A DNA stretch of 55,215 nt, filler included, from Squatina squatina (Eukaryota), in assembly GCA_031763465.1 (NCBI GenBank). It is 2 parts of 2 records of this genome, joined end to end, with 100 filler letters (N's around TTAATTAATTAA, not from the genome) between each part and the next. Parts side by side here need not be neighbours in the genome. Positions count along the whole stretch, not along the records: positions 25,226 to 55,215 come from JARFOE010000046.1; 1 more part is not named here. One strand, given 5' to 3'. This document shows, one piece after another, positions 38,370-52,226 of the stretch. The first letter of the stretch is position 1, and each line of letters starts with the position of its first letter. The translations under genes were made by a program, and so were the position numbers. The notes below the pieces were generated by a model. That model searched no databases. It was not told where the DNA came from and saw only the letters and a program-made list of their open reading frames with translations.

Positions 38370-38805
38370 CGATGTCCAGTCTTAGATGAGCCACAATTTC
38401 CTCCAGTTAAATATTGGGAAGTCTGATGCCATCACCTTTGGCCCCCATCACATACTCTATACCATGGCCACCTATTCCATCCCCTTTCTAGGTTGAACTA
38501 GATTGTTTGTACTGTCAGAAACCTATTTGACACGGAGCTATATCTTGTCCTCTGCTTCCACCTCCGTAACTTTGGCCACCTCCGCCCTATGATTCGGCCC
38601 ATCTGCTACTGAAACCCTCATCCGTGCTTTTGTCACTTCAGACTTGATTATTCCAATGCTGTCCTGACTGGCCACCCATTGTCCACCCTTCATAAACTTC
38701 AGGTCATCTAAAAATCTGTTTCCCCGACCCTTTCTCACTCATTGCTCCCATGCTCGCAGACCTACATTGACTCCTGATCCTACAATGTTTCATATTTAAA
38801 ATGCT
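38370..38805 (+). mobile_element. L2 ORF2 fragment
   Basis: MSHNFLQLNIGKSDAI.FG...SATETLIRAFVTS..DYSNAVL.G...TLHKLQVI...PMLADLH*L, spread across frameshifts. Confidence 0.85.
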
Positions 38806-39692
38806 TAAATAATGACTTCTCAAAGGATGATCTGATCAGCAAGATTTAAAAAATACCATCTAGCTGTTGAAATATTGTAGCATTATCTCTTTTCCATAAA
38901 ATATAAAAAATTCCTCATGACTTTGCTAAACTTCAGAAGAGTTTAAGGTTTTCTTAATGTAGTTCAAAGTTGGTAAAATAACCTCTGCACACCATCAGCA
39001 GGGCCTGTCGCCCATTAAGGAGAATCTGTCCGTCTGAAGTAATCTTGTACACTCTTTGTCCGGTACTCTCCTGGATAATCCTTCCAAATGACATTAGTGT
39101 TGCATCAGTACTGACAGCTGGAGAATCTGTCTGCTGTAAGTGGTTATGCCATCAGTTCAGGGCAGTCTAATAAAATCACACCCAAGGGCACACACAAGCA
39201 CAAATCACGTTTCATAAATGTCAGCAGATAAATGTCTGATGTACAAAGGCAGCAGATATAAAAAGAGGAAACTTTATCTATTTGAAAGAGTCTAATCTTA
39301 ATTAAATTTTAATAGCACACTGCTTTATTTTTTGCGTAAACAATTGAACTTCCATTGAACAAAGAATAACAGCTGTAAATTAACACTTTGAAATAATAAT
39401 TATTCTCTATGGCTTTTGAAAATACTACTAGATTTATTCCAAAAAACTCTTCACAGAGACATATCTTTACCACAGGCCCTTCAAAATAAAGAGAAACGAT
39501 TGTAGAACATAAGCAACCCTCATTTTTTCCAGCAACTCTTTCGGTCATTGTGCCAGGCTCAACGCAACATGCTTAATATTGTCAAGGTTAGGNNNNNNNN
39601 NNNNNNNNNNNNNNNNNNNNNNNNNNNNNNNNNNNNNNNNNNNNNNNNNNNNNNNNNNNNNNNNNNNNNNNNNNNNNNNNNNNNNNNNNNNN

Positions 39693-39860
39693 ACCTGGGC
39701 AGGACCGGGACTGATGTCCTTGGGGGGGTGTTTGCAAGTGCTGTCCGGCAGGGTTTAAACTAGAAAGGCAGGGGGATGGGAACCTGAGCAGGGAGACAGA
39801 GGAAGAGGAAACAAGGATAGAAACAATAGACAGGAAACAAAAAGACAAAAGACAAATAGA
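39693..39860 (+). mobile_element. CR1 ORF1 (SGNH esterase) C-terminus and inter-ORF region
   Basis: LGRTGTDVLGGVFASAVRQGLN* matches the CR1 ORF1 end (DGLHL...GT..L...FA.AV..GLN*), followed by GGCAGGGGGATGGGAACC. Confidence 0.8.
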
Positions 39861-40685
39861 AATCAATTTATTTTTCTTTGAAGGGTAAAAGCTCATCTAT
39901 GCAGCAAAATGCTCTTGGAATATTTCCTCAGATATTCTGAATAAATAGAAAGTCTAACCGAGGATGCTTCATTTATGCATACTGCAGGATTCTGACATTA
40001 GCATAGAACTGAAAAGAGTATTATTTCATTCAGCAGTCCTGACGTCAAGGGCATAGAGAGGGCAGTAAAATAAGAATGGGCTTCAGATAACATACCTTGG
40101 TATTGGTGTAATTAAAAATATTATTGCTTTGCATATGATCTGACAATGACAGAAATCCACTTGAGATATATGTGCAGACAAAGAGAGAGAGAAGAGAAAA
40201 AACTGAGAATTAATCACTATGTACAGACATGATCCAATTCAGGAGACCTTATGTGCGGTTGGTGATAATTGGCATGTATTTATCATCCCTTCCCAGTGTT
40301 TGTAATTTGTGGGGAGAGACAAGTGAAAATTTGCTCTTGAAATGGGTGAAAGATCTAATTGTTCTTGGGCAAATTGTGGTTATGGCCCATCTATGTTAAG
40401 AAAATAAATCCCTTGAAATGTAATTTTCAGTCGGTAGCTATGATGTCGGGAGAGTTGTTATGTTCATTACAAAGCTGAGGCAAGTCTTCTTTCATTATTA
40501 AAATGACCATTGATTCCAAATTATTCCAAAGATTCTTTGGACTCCAGCTGGAGATGTTTTTGGATCCCAAATTAAGTTGATTTGTTGACTTGCTTCTGTA
40601 CACTGCATGGTGGTGCAACTGAGCTACATAATGCCAGGCAGCACTGCCTATGTAGTCTACCTGGATTCAGATGCTTTAGAAACGT

Positions 40686-42859
40686 GGGGGGGCCCAATTG
40701 GATTGCGCCGTGCTGGTAACTTAAAGTGCCGAATAGGCGTGAATTTGCGCCATTTCTACGCTGCTGGCTTACGCTGTGGTATTGGGCTCTTTAATTTGTT
40801 TTTTCAGGCGACATCTAAATGGGGCAAAAACTCAGCGTAACTGGGTGCAGCTGCGGCGTTAAGTGGGAGGGATAGGTTCAATTCATTTAACTAGCTGATC
40901 AGAATCAATCACTTGCCAGCCCATCTCAGCCCTTAAAGGCCATGTTTGCAGTGAGCAAATCACTGCTATGGTCAGTCCATTTGAGGAAGGGGAACAGCCA
41001 AGGCTATGTACTGGAGGTGACTGCAACAGTCATTTTGTTTCCAAAGCATGGCAGCTAGTAGAAGAGGGGCCAGAGTGCCCAAGTTCTCAGATGCCGCCCT
41101 GGAGACTCTTGTGACTGCCGTAGAGAGGAAGACGGACAGGCTGCTTGCCACTGGCGGCAGAGGGTACATGCACAACTCGTAAGGGGCTTATGGAGGGAAA
41201 TTGCCAGGGAGATCTCGGCCTCTGATGTGGTGGCATGTACAGGACATCAATGCTACAAGAAGTTTAATAACCTTACTTGTTTAGCAAAAGTGAGTGTAAT
41301 GTTGTCTTCAATGCTCAGGTGTGGTTAAAGTGGCATGATTATAGTGATTTGTGCAAATGTAGCAATTTATAATGTAATGACAATGGTGCAATGATTATCA
41401 TTAACCTTGAGACAAATTACATACCTTCTTTGTGAGGACATGGTGTGTGAAGATGTGAGAAGTATGGTCCCTAATGAACTTGTGCTATTATATACAAGCC
41501 AAGCTATTAAGAAACCGTGCAGAGCAGATGCAGACTGGTGAAGTCCAAGTAATCCCACTGTCTGACATGGAGCAAGACATCGCCTGCATCATAGGAGTGG
41601 ATGTTGGGGAGCCAATAGCAAGGAGAGGCGCGCCACCTCCCCCTTCAGATGTGGGTAAGTGATAACGTCCTTCGATAGCAGTGCAGCCTCTGTTTGTGTG
41701 GCCTCCATATACAGGCCATTGTTATGTTGGATGCAAGGCTGTCCCCATGGCACCTTCCATCCACCCCTCACCCTCATGTATCTGGTGTGCTATTGTTTCT
41801 TTCAGATGAGCCTTCATCCACAGAGACCAAAGTGGCCGTAGAGGAAGGGGCACAGTCGAGGGAAGGATCAGACATATTTGAAGAACATATTGACTATATG
41901 GACTTTGAGGAGGAAGAGGAAGGCGTTGGGGGGGATGGGGGAGCAGGGGAATGAGGGGGAATCCATGGCTGGTCCAAGCACTGTGTCAGATCATATGTCT
42001 TCATCACGTGCCAGCTCAGACCCATGCATCCCGCGTAGTTTAGAGATTAGGTCCCGCCATCGGTCATCACTGGGTGAAGCACTGGTTCCCAGTGGGGTAC
42101 AGCAGGGTGTGGAGCCAAGGGAAGCTGGTGTGTCAACTGGCTGGAGGGTCAGTAGGCCAATCAGCACTGTGGACGATGGCTCAGATGAGGACCTGGGTGG
42201 GGTATCCGTCAGTGAAAGGCTCATTCAGTTGCATGAGCAGATGACTGCATCAATGAGAAGGGTGCCAGAGAGCCTCATAGAGGTGGTGAGGAGCATGGAG
42301 GAGTCTGCCTCCTGCATTATGCAGAGCTCTCTGCAAGCCTTGCAGCCTATCGTTGGAAGCTTACAATCCACGATAAACGCTAAACTCTCAGAGCAAATGT
42401 GAGGCATCTCATGGGCGATGTGACATCATCCATTGTGGCACAGACCGATGCAATGCTTGCTGTTGCAGTGCAAGCACTGGTTACAACCAGCCATGCTGAG
42501 TCTGCTCAGAATGAGGTGCTGCTAGGGGTTGCTGATGCCATGAGGGAAGTGGTCACTGGAATCCAGGAGGATTCTGCTCTTTGACAGTCTCAGCTGGGTG
42601 CTGCCAACACAACTGGATCCATCACAGGAGGCCAGGGGCCCAACAGTGCAATGGCACTGCAGCAGTCTGCCCTCACTCCGACTGATGCAGATGCTGGTGT
42701 ACTGCCCCGAAGGAGTGTCACTGAGTCCCCCGAGCAGGACCCTGCTGTCCTGCCTCAGCATGGTAGCATTCCTGTTCATGACAGTAGCACTCCATTATTG
42801 ATGCAGCTCATGCCTGGGCCCGGCAAACACCAGCCTGCCAAACCAAACCCTCAGGTTCA
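40686..42859 (+). mobile_element. PIF/Harbinger-type DNA transposon remnant (left end plus Myb/SANT gene; remainder lost in gap)
   Basis: A CpG-rich terminus GGGGGCCCAATTGGATTGCGCC... lies about 360 bp upstream of a Myb/SANT-like gene typical of Harbinger ORF1. GC content is higher than in the flanks. Confidence 0.65.
41048..42859 (+). pseudogene. Three-exon Myb/SANT-like (MSANTD4/NAIF1/TSNARE1-type) DNA-binding protein gene, disrupted
   Basis: Exon 1 (41048-41289): MAASRRGARVPKFSDAALETLVTAVERKTDRLL-[frameshift]-LWREIAREISASDVVACTGHQCYKKFNNL, donor GTGAGT. Exon 2 (41498-41654): AKLLRNRAEQMQTG...LSDMEQDIACIIG, donor GTAAGT, acceptor apparently mutated to CAA. Exon 3 starts at 41806 after TTTCTTTCAG and encodes an acidic then helical region with frameshifts and stops. 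Confidence 0.85.
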
Positions 42860-42959
42860 NNNNNNNNNNNNNNNNNNNNNNNNNNNNNNNNNNNNNNNNN
42901 NNNNNNNNNNNNNNNNNNNNNNNNNNNNNNNNNNNNNNNNNNNNNNNNNNNNNNNNNNN

Positions 42960-43128
42960 ACTTCAAGACGCTCCATAAAACCTCCCTCTTTGACCAGGCT
43001 TTTGGCCCTAATTTCTCCTTATGCAGCTCGGTGTCAAATTTTTTATGTCAAAATACTCCTGTGAAGCATCTTGGGATGTTTCACTACCTTGACGGCACTA
43101 TCTAAATACAAGTTGTTGTTGTTGTTGT
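42960..43128 (+). mobile_element. L2 LINE 3' end with (GTT)n tail
   Basis: FKTLHKTSLFDQAF, then the tail GTGAAGCATCTTGGGATGTT...GGCACTATCTAAATACAAGTTGTTGTTGTTGTT; same family as 2404-2662. Confidence 0.88.
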
Positions 43129-44117
43129 TATGTGTGAATCTTTTAGATTGACACAAAATGTTGAAACTGAGGCATGTCTGCTACAAACAAGTTCATGCCA
43201 GAACAATGGATGTCTGGCTTAAAGACTAACAATTCTTATGCCATTCAGTTTTGGTATTCTAAAGGACTGACACCTGATTACATCTCTCCAACATTGCAAA
43301 GAGGGGCTGTGGCTTGGAATAGACAATCCTTGTTCTATCTGATGCTTTAAACTCGACTGAATCCAAAAGCAAGAGATTATTTTCTTCCTGTAGCCTAAAG
43401 ACACAGCTACATAATTCCAGGAACAAGTAGACCGAGTGGGTTGATTTTAACCCCCTCCACCTGGCAGAAACCCAGCAGGCGAGCAGTTAAAAACGAGGTG
43501 GTTACTTACATGTTTATAACTTGCGAGTTATGCGATTTCAGGATATTCCAGGCCCATGTTCCTGTCTGAGCACAAAAAGCCTTCTTAAAGCTATCTTGTT
43601 CCGGAGCTGCCAACAGTATATCAATTTGATGGATTACAGTCATGAGTCCCAAGACACTAGCCGCAAATAGCCCTGGGAGTCTTTTATTGACAACTGCATC
43701 TTGTTCTCTCAATCACAATGAAGGATCTCTAACTTATTGCCGTGGTTCCTTGTGGAAGGAAAAAATTGTTTCCCGGTGGTCAGTTGCTGGGAGTAGGGGG
43801 AGAGTAGATGGATATAAATCTTTCCAAAATTACAGGATGTCAAAGCCCATTATATGATGTGCCAGTAATTTTGTCTATATTGATTTAGGACACTTTTTTT
43901 TGTGTTCATCCCACAGCTCTGTACAAGATGCAGTATGAGCACAAATCTCTGAAACCCCTACCAATGTCAACAGTTCACATTTGAGTCTGAGTTGATTGTT
44001 TTACAGTATAGCCCAGTTTATACTATCCTTGATTGCTCTGCGTATGTGTATTTAAAAAGTCTAAATTCTACAATTGGACATTCTCCATTGCACCATATAA
44101 TCAACCTATCCTGATCC

Positions 44118-44294
44118 TAGAAAATAGGTGCCGGAGTAGGCCGTTCGGCCCTTCGAGCCTGCACCGCCATTCAATATGATCATGGCTGATCGTGCAACTC
44201 AGTACCCCGTACCTGCTTACCTGCTTTCTCTCCATACCCCCTGATCCCTTTAGCTGTAAGGGCCACATCTAACTCCCTTTTGAATATAGCTAAT
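44118..44294 (-). mobile_element. CR1 (HER1-type) 3' end
   Basis: The minus strand reads IFKRELDVALTAKGIRGYGEKAG, plus a tail almost identical to 27993-28067. Confidence 0.92.
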
Positions 44295-47200
44295 NNNNNN
44301 NNNNNNNNNNNNNNNNNNNNNNNNNNNNNNNNNNNNNNNNNNNNNNNNNNNNNNNNNNNNNNNNNNNNNNNNNNNNNNNNNNNNNNNNNNNNNNTCTCCT
44401 TGTGTGTGAATGGCATTGACGGGCATGATGGGAATTCCTGAACACTGACAGCAGCTTAAGTTTGCCTTATGCAATGCAGCTTTCTGCCCATGATTTTGGA
44501 TTCGGCAATCACATCTGGATCTTGAAGAAAACTCCAAACATTTTTAAATTATGCATTTTTTTTTTAGTCAGACATGATTCCACTCATCTGGTCTCACCTC
44601 TCACCCTGCCCCTGAGAGTTTTCCACTGTATTTTGCTCATTTCTCCAAATCCTGCTGCTGTGGACTGTCCCAGCCTTAAGCCTGCTGACAGGACACAAGT
44701 TGACACTTCACCAGGCCCTCACAGAGTCACGAAAATAAGCACCATACGATACATGGACTGTGTGGCTGAATTCCCATCAGTCTTTGGTCTGTGACTCTTT
44801 CTTACTCTGTAACTCAAAGCCATAAAATAGGTATATACTATATATATAAAACCCCAAAATATTTTTCTATTGATCTACCACAACACACCAGTACATACAC
44901 ACTAGGAGTGCACCGATTACAGTTCCCTCACAATCAACAGGCTGTAGACTGTAGTCCATTACATCAATAGCTGTAAAATCAATTGTCTTTTGTTAATCAG
45001 TATCCTGCAGATTTTCTTTTTTTTAAATTATTTTGCTGTTGATTTTAATTTGGCTATTTTATCTTTAAAAATGAAATGCCAACATTGTTAAACAGGCATT
45101 ATCATTTTACTGGCAGTTTCTGTATAGACTCAGTTCTTGGAATAACCTGTTGAAAAGGCTCCATTGCTGTAAGTGTTGATGGCTGTGACAAGTTTGCATC
45201 ACAGCAGACATCGTATGTGTAGCAGTTTGAATGACTTCAATCAACTTTTTGAAAACTTACCTTTGCTAACTGAGGTAAGAGTCAAAAAGTAAGTAGTGGC
45301 AGATGCTATCAGTCACTCAGTGATGTCTTTGCTTTTAAATATTAATTTTGATATTACGTCAGTTTTGCTCAAATGTTCCTATTGCCAATTTTTAAATATC
45401 CTGGGATGCAGCAGAAATTTATTTATTAATAACCCTATTATTGAATCATTTACCAGCCTTCAATAAAAAATTCTATTTAGAACACACTACCCCAAATACC
45501 TATGAATCAGACTCCAATATGCTACCTCACAGAATACCAGCAGAATTCCCGACCTAGTGAGCCTTTGACCTCACTGAAAGGTGGCAAGGGAAGACCAGCC
45601 ACTTTACCACAGGCAAATTCACCTGTGGAGGCTAGTGGCACGTACCTGAGCAAGCAACTGGCTATTGAACAAGATTCATGGAAGCCTGGAACCGGTCTCC
45701 AGATGACCTGGTCAGCTGGAGGTGATGAGTGGCATTGAGATGAGAGAAAAGGGAGAAAAATAAGAGAAGATGCTCCTCTCAAAAAATCTTCCACTCTTTT
45801 ACAATTGATGGTTAAGGATAATATCTACAGCAGTAACCAAAAAAGACAAAATGAATATTTTGGGGTTGAAAAATTAAAATTAACCTATAACATTTTTTTT
45901 GCACAAATACTGCAATATTGATCAAGTTACAATAACAANNNNNNNNNNNNNNNNNNNNNNNNNNNNNNNNNNNNNNNNNNNNNNNNNNNNNNNNNNNNNN
46001 NNNNNNNNNNNNNNNNNNNNNNNNNNNNNNNNNNNNNNTACTGCACTGGAGACTTTTGACCACGATTAATAGCATAAATCCAAATCAATTTTTCAGAAGA
46101 AAAATGAACAAGAGCGACTGCTATTGGTCAACGACGCCACTTTCACCATGTTCAGTTCCACAAATGGATAACTCACTGCTGTCCACGAAGCTGCTGACAT
46201 GCAAAATGCATACACACTGCATAATCCTAGTTAGAGCTTAGTGAAGACTAAACAAGTATGTGTGCTGATTATTATGGACAGAAATGATCATTAAGAATTT
46301 AGCACCGACATAAATAAGTATTTATTTGGGATATATGCAATCTTTCGATCTTTTCAGTGATGAGAAAAAAGCAAGGATTTATTGTCATTGCAAAATGTAC
46401 CTGAGGAACCCAGTTGTTTGAGAACAATCCATCACTTCTGGTCAATAATCTAATCTGCAATAGCATGACTTTAAAAAGAAAAAAAAAACATATAGGGGGA
46501 AAAATAGACCAGTCCATCAGAGTTCAAACTGAAACACCACTGCTCTCAACATAATGCTATTCTCAATAGCAAGGTAAAATACTGTTGTATAGAAGGAAAT
46601 GTATGTGAAACCCATTTTTCAAAAATATGATCATGATCTATGTATTAGCACTACAACTATACTGCATAATCAGCTGTGGGGTTTGGAAGCAGTCAGACAC
46701 TCCACAGAGTAGTAAATACAGCAAGGTGCCGAATGTTCTATTCAATTTAATGCGGCTGAATCGTGTCCTAATTTGCAGTGTTTATTAATTCACAAAAGTT
46801 GATCAATAGCAGACCTAGCAATGAATAGCAGATTTACAGAGGAGTGAAATGCTGCCTAATTTCTTTAACTGCTGAACTGGAAAAAAAGAACTTTTGGAGA
46901 CCATTTTGAAGGTGGAAAACAGTAGAGGTACATGATACACTGTAACTTTGGAAGCATTTAAAAGCTGAAAGTCAGTGGGAAATGCACTCTGCCAATGGTT
47001 GGGTAGGTGGGGGCCAGCGAAAGGGGATTGAAAATAGTGTTCCATCCAAAATAGCTCACTAAAAGAGAATGTAACCCAAATCTAGAACCTTATATACACA
47101 TGATGCCTATCCAACTCTCCAGAGCAATTGCTGTTTAGATCTTGCTTTGTGGTTGATAGCCAAAGGAGTCCAGCTGTACTATAATAGGCATCTAATTTAT

Positions 47201-49362
47201 TAGCTTAAGGAGATTCCCTGTGGAGAAGATCCACCTAACAGGTAATAAATATGTTTTTCCCTCCAGAAATCCATAACTGAAATTGCTTTTATGGCACTCA
47301 GCATAGCCAGGAAAAAGAAAACTGAATTAAAAAGTGAAGAATTTATTAATAGATCAACATTTAACGCCGTTAGGTTTTAAATAAAAACTGAATAACTGGG
47401 ATACATTGATAATGTGCCACAAAAAATCCCTCAAAACGGGATTATTGTGATTACTGACACCCACCAGCACACCACCTTGTGACTCTACCTTAAAGGTAGA
47501 AAATAAATGAGCTGTACCTTGCCCTGCCATCTGCTAAGCCATCTCCTTTCCTTCCTAATATACTCATTCAAAACTTCTACAGTCCATAACCTGATGATTA
47601 TTGGGTTCAACTTCAGTACTGGGTTTTGATTAGCTTACATGTTTTGTAATCTTTGCACTCCCAATTACACACATGAAACTTAAAAATAATGTGCTTTCCT
47701 TTCTGAGTGCATTCAGTTAAGGCAAAGGCATACTTTTGTTTTTTCTCCCTCTTTGAACAGAGATGTTATAGGAACATGTCTCAGTATAAACGATTTGTGT
47801 TTCATTTTCATCCTCTATACTGAAACAGCATTTTGAACAGGGTTTGAAGACAGTCAGCACAAAGTGTCTATTTAAGAGGCCTTTTCCATGGTGTCCAGCA
47901 GGCTGACGCCACGCAGCTACGGCCAGCCACAACCGTCCAAATTCAATCGGCCTGAACGCTGCTGGCAAGGCCTGTGGATTTTGTCCTGTGTAGTTTTTCC
48001 TTTCCTTTATAGACAGACACTGCTGTTTATCTGACACGTAGAGCCCACCCCTGCTCGTGAAAGAAACAGCTTTCCGTTTGGGCAGACGCACACCTCAAAG
48101 ACATTTTGTCGAGCAGACGGTGAGGAAGTGTACAACCCCATAGGTAGTCTGGGTAATTTTATTTTTCTGGCTTCCAAACTGATCTGAAAGAGAAAAAAAA
48201 ATGCAGAAAATGAGATTTGTACAAAAAAATGGCAATGATCTCGCCATCAAACAGTTCAGGAGAGAATCTCAATCTCAGAACATCTTCCAAAAATCAAGCA
48301 GTTATAAAGAACTATGATCAACATCAATGCCATTTGATTTCCTCATCCATTTTGTGCAAACAGGTAATGATNNNNNNNNNNNNNNNNNNNNNNNNNNNNN
48401 NNNNNNNNNNNNNNNNNNNNNNNNNNNNNNNNNNNNNNNNNNNNNNNNNNNNNNNNNNNNNNNNNNNNNNNGCGCAGCAACTTTTACAGCCTGGGGAGGG
48501 AGGGAAGAAAGATTGAAATTCAGTGCCGCCTCAAGCATTTGCTGTTTGAAACGCTGCCGTCCGAGTCATAAAACTAAAAGCCCTGAGACAGAACTAAAGA
48601 GTGCCATTTATTATACGTATGCTATGGTTCTCACCCAATGGCTTTGTGACTGGCTGGAATCCAGCACAATTAACATATGCTAAAAATCAGCTAATAACAC
48701 TGTCTTTCATCAATTCAATGCATAATAATCATCAATTATTACAGTTTTAAAAGTTGTTATAATCACTGCACATTTAATTTCTCAGAAAATATTCTTTGCT
48801 AATTAAACTCAAGCAAATCGGGGGTGTGAATATTAAAAATATTTGGATCATTCTAGATTGCTTTGAGAGAAAACAAATAAACCAATAACAATGTGTTTAG
48901 ATTAGGATTAAATTGTTGAGCTTCCAAGGATATCCTGGGAGACTAGTGTGGGGAAATTCCAATTGTAGTTGTAAGTCTTGAATAATCAGTATCGGTATTT
49001 ACTCCTTGTTATGTAGCTACACATAACAAACAGGAACAAAGTCCCCAGGTGTGGAAGGAATTAGTCAAAGTAAATAGGCAGACATGTACCTAATTTCTCT
49101 GGAGAAGAAGCAAATCTTTTCTTCTCTCCTGAGTTACGAACTGGGGATAAAAGGACTTTTGAAATTCTACTTTGCATTTTTTTCCACATACATCATCCAG
49201 GATCCCAAGAGCTCTGTCAAGACTTTCAGGTTTTGAGCAAAAGGAATCTAATATACCTAGATGGTGTACAAAGTCAATAGCATATATGGCTAATGGCATG
49301 AGATATATGAGATGTAAGTCATGGAGTCTGGGTGCCTGACATAACTGGAAACTGATCACCAA

Positions 49363-50152
49363 GGGGAATTTCAACTTCGACCCAAAATAGGCATGAAATC
49401 AACAGTGCCCGCCCAAGGCCCAAAACCAGTTTCAGGTTCCGGCCTCATTTGAATTTTTCCGGCAAGCTGCAGATACCAAACAGGCACTCAGCTGCAGCAT
49501 TTGGACAGCAGAAAATCGTCCGTCTTCTGCATGGAGGGGGTCAGCAGGTGGGGCCTGCTCCTCCTAGCCCCCCAAAAAACCAAATCCTGCCTTTTCCTGA
49601 ATGGCTGCTGGTTAGGCTGCTCACTGTCCGGTACAACTGAGACTAGTGTGCTTTGCATAGGCTCTGCCCATTAGTACATTAAAATTGCAATCAGCCCCAT
49701 AGCTGGCCTAGGACACCGATTTGCACATTTGAAGACCCTCTTGCCTGTTTTCGAGAAAAGGTTGGAGCATGCACTGCACATGCCTGTTCCACTTTCTCCA
49801 GGTATTGAGAGACCTTAAAAAGACCTATAAAGGCATTTCCAAAAACAATTTTTGTGCTCCTCCAGGCCTCACAAAAATCATCTGGCCCACTGTCATTTTC
49901 CACTCCCTGGCAACTGTTCCCCCTCCCTCCCCAACTGACCTTACCTTCCAGCTGGCTGGGTGCCAAGGCTGGCTGACTTTTTGCCAGCGAGTTGCAGCCA
50001 AGAGCACATTTGCTGCCCGCAGCTCGCCACAAAAATGTTAATGAGGCCTGAACCTGAAAATTGTCCCGATTCCATACTATTGCATGGGGCGGGCACTGCG
50101 GACGCACCGCCGATATTGTGCCAGTTTGGTGCCCAAGTAGAACATCTCTTCC
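49363..50152. mobile_element. ~790 bp non-autonomous DNA transposon with long imperfect TIRs
   Basis: The left arm ...CAGTGCCCGCCC...TTTCAGGTTCCGGCCTCATT...GCAAGCTGC is mirrored on the right by GCAGCTCGC...AATGAGGCCTGAACCTGAAA...GGGCGGGCACTG (arms about 140-160 bp). Confidence 0.75.
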
Positions 50153-51860
50153 ATCATCTAGGTACAGACTTGGCCCTTAAAATATATTGCTTACCTCACC
50201 CAATTGGAGGATAGTCAATAGGCAAATGACAAGATTGTGTTTGAGCTTTCGCTTGGCAGATAATACATATCAGGAATTGTTCAACCAGCAGCACAACCCA
50301 GCATGTAATGTTTGATTGCACTGAAACCATGTTCCTGACCACTCCATGGAGACCTGCCACACCCCAGTGACTGCTGGCTCCACCTGAGCTTCAGCAGCAA
50401 CTGTTTCCTCTCTGCAAACCGATCATGGTAGGCATCAAATCCTGGATCTAATGGTGCATGGTGTCATATTCAACCTTCCAGCAGCCGCCTGGTCAAGCCT
50501 TAGAGTTTCCTCATCAGCTGTACGCTTTGTTGTGNNNNNNNNNNNNNNNNNNNNNNNNNNNNNNNNNNNNNNNNNNNNNNNNNNNNNNNNNNNNNNNNNN
50601 NNNNNNNNNNNNNNNNNNNNNNNNNNNNNNNNNNTCTCACCATTGCTGTGTGGGTGCTTTCGTCTGATCAAAACTAGCTATAGCATTAATAATACACTAT
50701 TTACAGTTCTGTTTGGGGATTCCTCTGGTGAATCATATACAGTAATTTTTCAGACCTGCTAAGTTTTTAGAAGAGCAACGAATAGCCCACTACAAAACTC
50801 CAGTCAAGGTTCTCCACATTGGAGCAAAGCTCACCATGTTGATGTACCTGTGTTAAATTGAGCTAATTTGATTTACACTTCTAATTCCATTTAGCAGCAT
50901 ACAAACATATTTTTATCCTTCCAGTACTGGTGCCAGGATTTCTATATCACCCTCTGTGGAATGTTTAAAAACAATCAAGTAATTATCAATGCTGCTAATT
51001 ACATTTTATTTAATTGTAAGGAAAATATCTGTTACAATTCTTCCAGCTGCACCTCAAAATGATCACATTTAAATGACTCTGAAAGCTAAATTCATTTTAT
51101 TTGAAACCTCGACATTATCAGTATGAAGGACAGCTTGTAGGTAAACTTCTTCAGTGAGCAGCAAAAACTACAGTGTGATTCTGCCACGCACCAAAGGATT
51201 AAAGGGGATAGATTGCTGCATTCCAAGAGATTAAAGAGAAAGCTTGCCATGTGTCGAGCAGTTGAAAGATAAGTCTCTTACACGGCAAGTGACTTCTTGT
51301 GCAGATTCAATTCCTGGATCAAAACTGTTCCAAAGACCCATATTTTAGCTGTCCTTTACACCAATGAAGTCAAGGTTTCAAATAAACTGAATTTAGCCTT
51401 TAGAGTCCATTTAAGTGCATTGTAACAAATATTTTCCTTACAACTTACCAAAATACTATTAAGAATAAGCGAGCATTGGCATTGAACTTTCAGGTGATTG
51501 ATTTAGTCTTGTCGTCCTCTTTGTTTNNNNNNNNNNNNNNNNNNNNNNNNNNNNNNNNNNNNNNNNNNNNNNNNNNNNNNNNNNNNNNNNNNNNNNNNNN
51601 NNNNNNNNNNNNNNNNNNNNNNNNNNAGCACATAGTAGTGACACTCAGTGTGTAAGGAATAATTAAATATTAAGTCAGTCTCATTAGTTGACTGCAACAT
51701 TGCTTAATTATTTACCTTTCACCTGTTATGTCCAAACGGAAACTCGAATTGGTGGGGTAATAGCTAATTGTTTTTATTTCCTGACCTAGAATATTCCCGT
51801 CAAAGAATAACAAAGTAATAGAAGAGGAGTGCAATTGTCACCATGTGCTTACTTCCATCA

Positions 51861-51879
51861 GGGGGCCATCTAGTGTTCA
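51861..51879 (-). promoter_or_regulatory. CTCF-like motif
   Basis: The minus strand TGAACACTAGATGGCCCCC resembles the CTCF core CCASYAGRKGGC with one core mismatch. Confidence 0.4.
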
Positions 51880-52226
51880 ATTAAGAATATCCAAGTACCT
51901 ACCTATTCTTCCTTATTAGCAGTTATCAACACAATTCATGCACCAAAGGTAGATGCATGTAATGGAGTACCGTTTATCCTTTTTTAACAGCATCTGCTAT
52001 TGCAGTTGTCCAAAATGTCTTTGTTCTGACAGCCCAACAGTATGACACAATGTACCTCTCAAAATGAAACACTCCAGAAGCATCTCACACTCTACCGACT
52101 GGCTCCATGTAGCTAGAAAACATTCCAAATGCAAGACTGTTGATCACAACATCTGGAAGATGTGAGGTGCCATAAACAATGCCACTCCTGAGGTGATTGA
52201 CTCCAAAGGGTTTTTCCATCATTACG

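Noticed and set aside
38955-39135. About 60-codon open frame on the minus strand (QTDSPAV...RVYKITSDGQILLNG)
   Set aside because: Weak splice signals and no recognisable homology; the length is compatible with chance.
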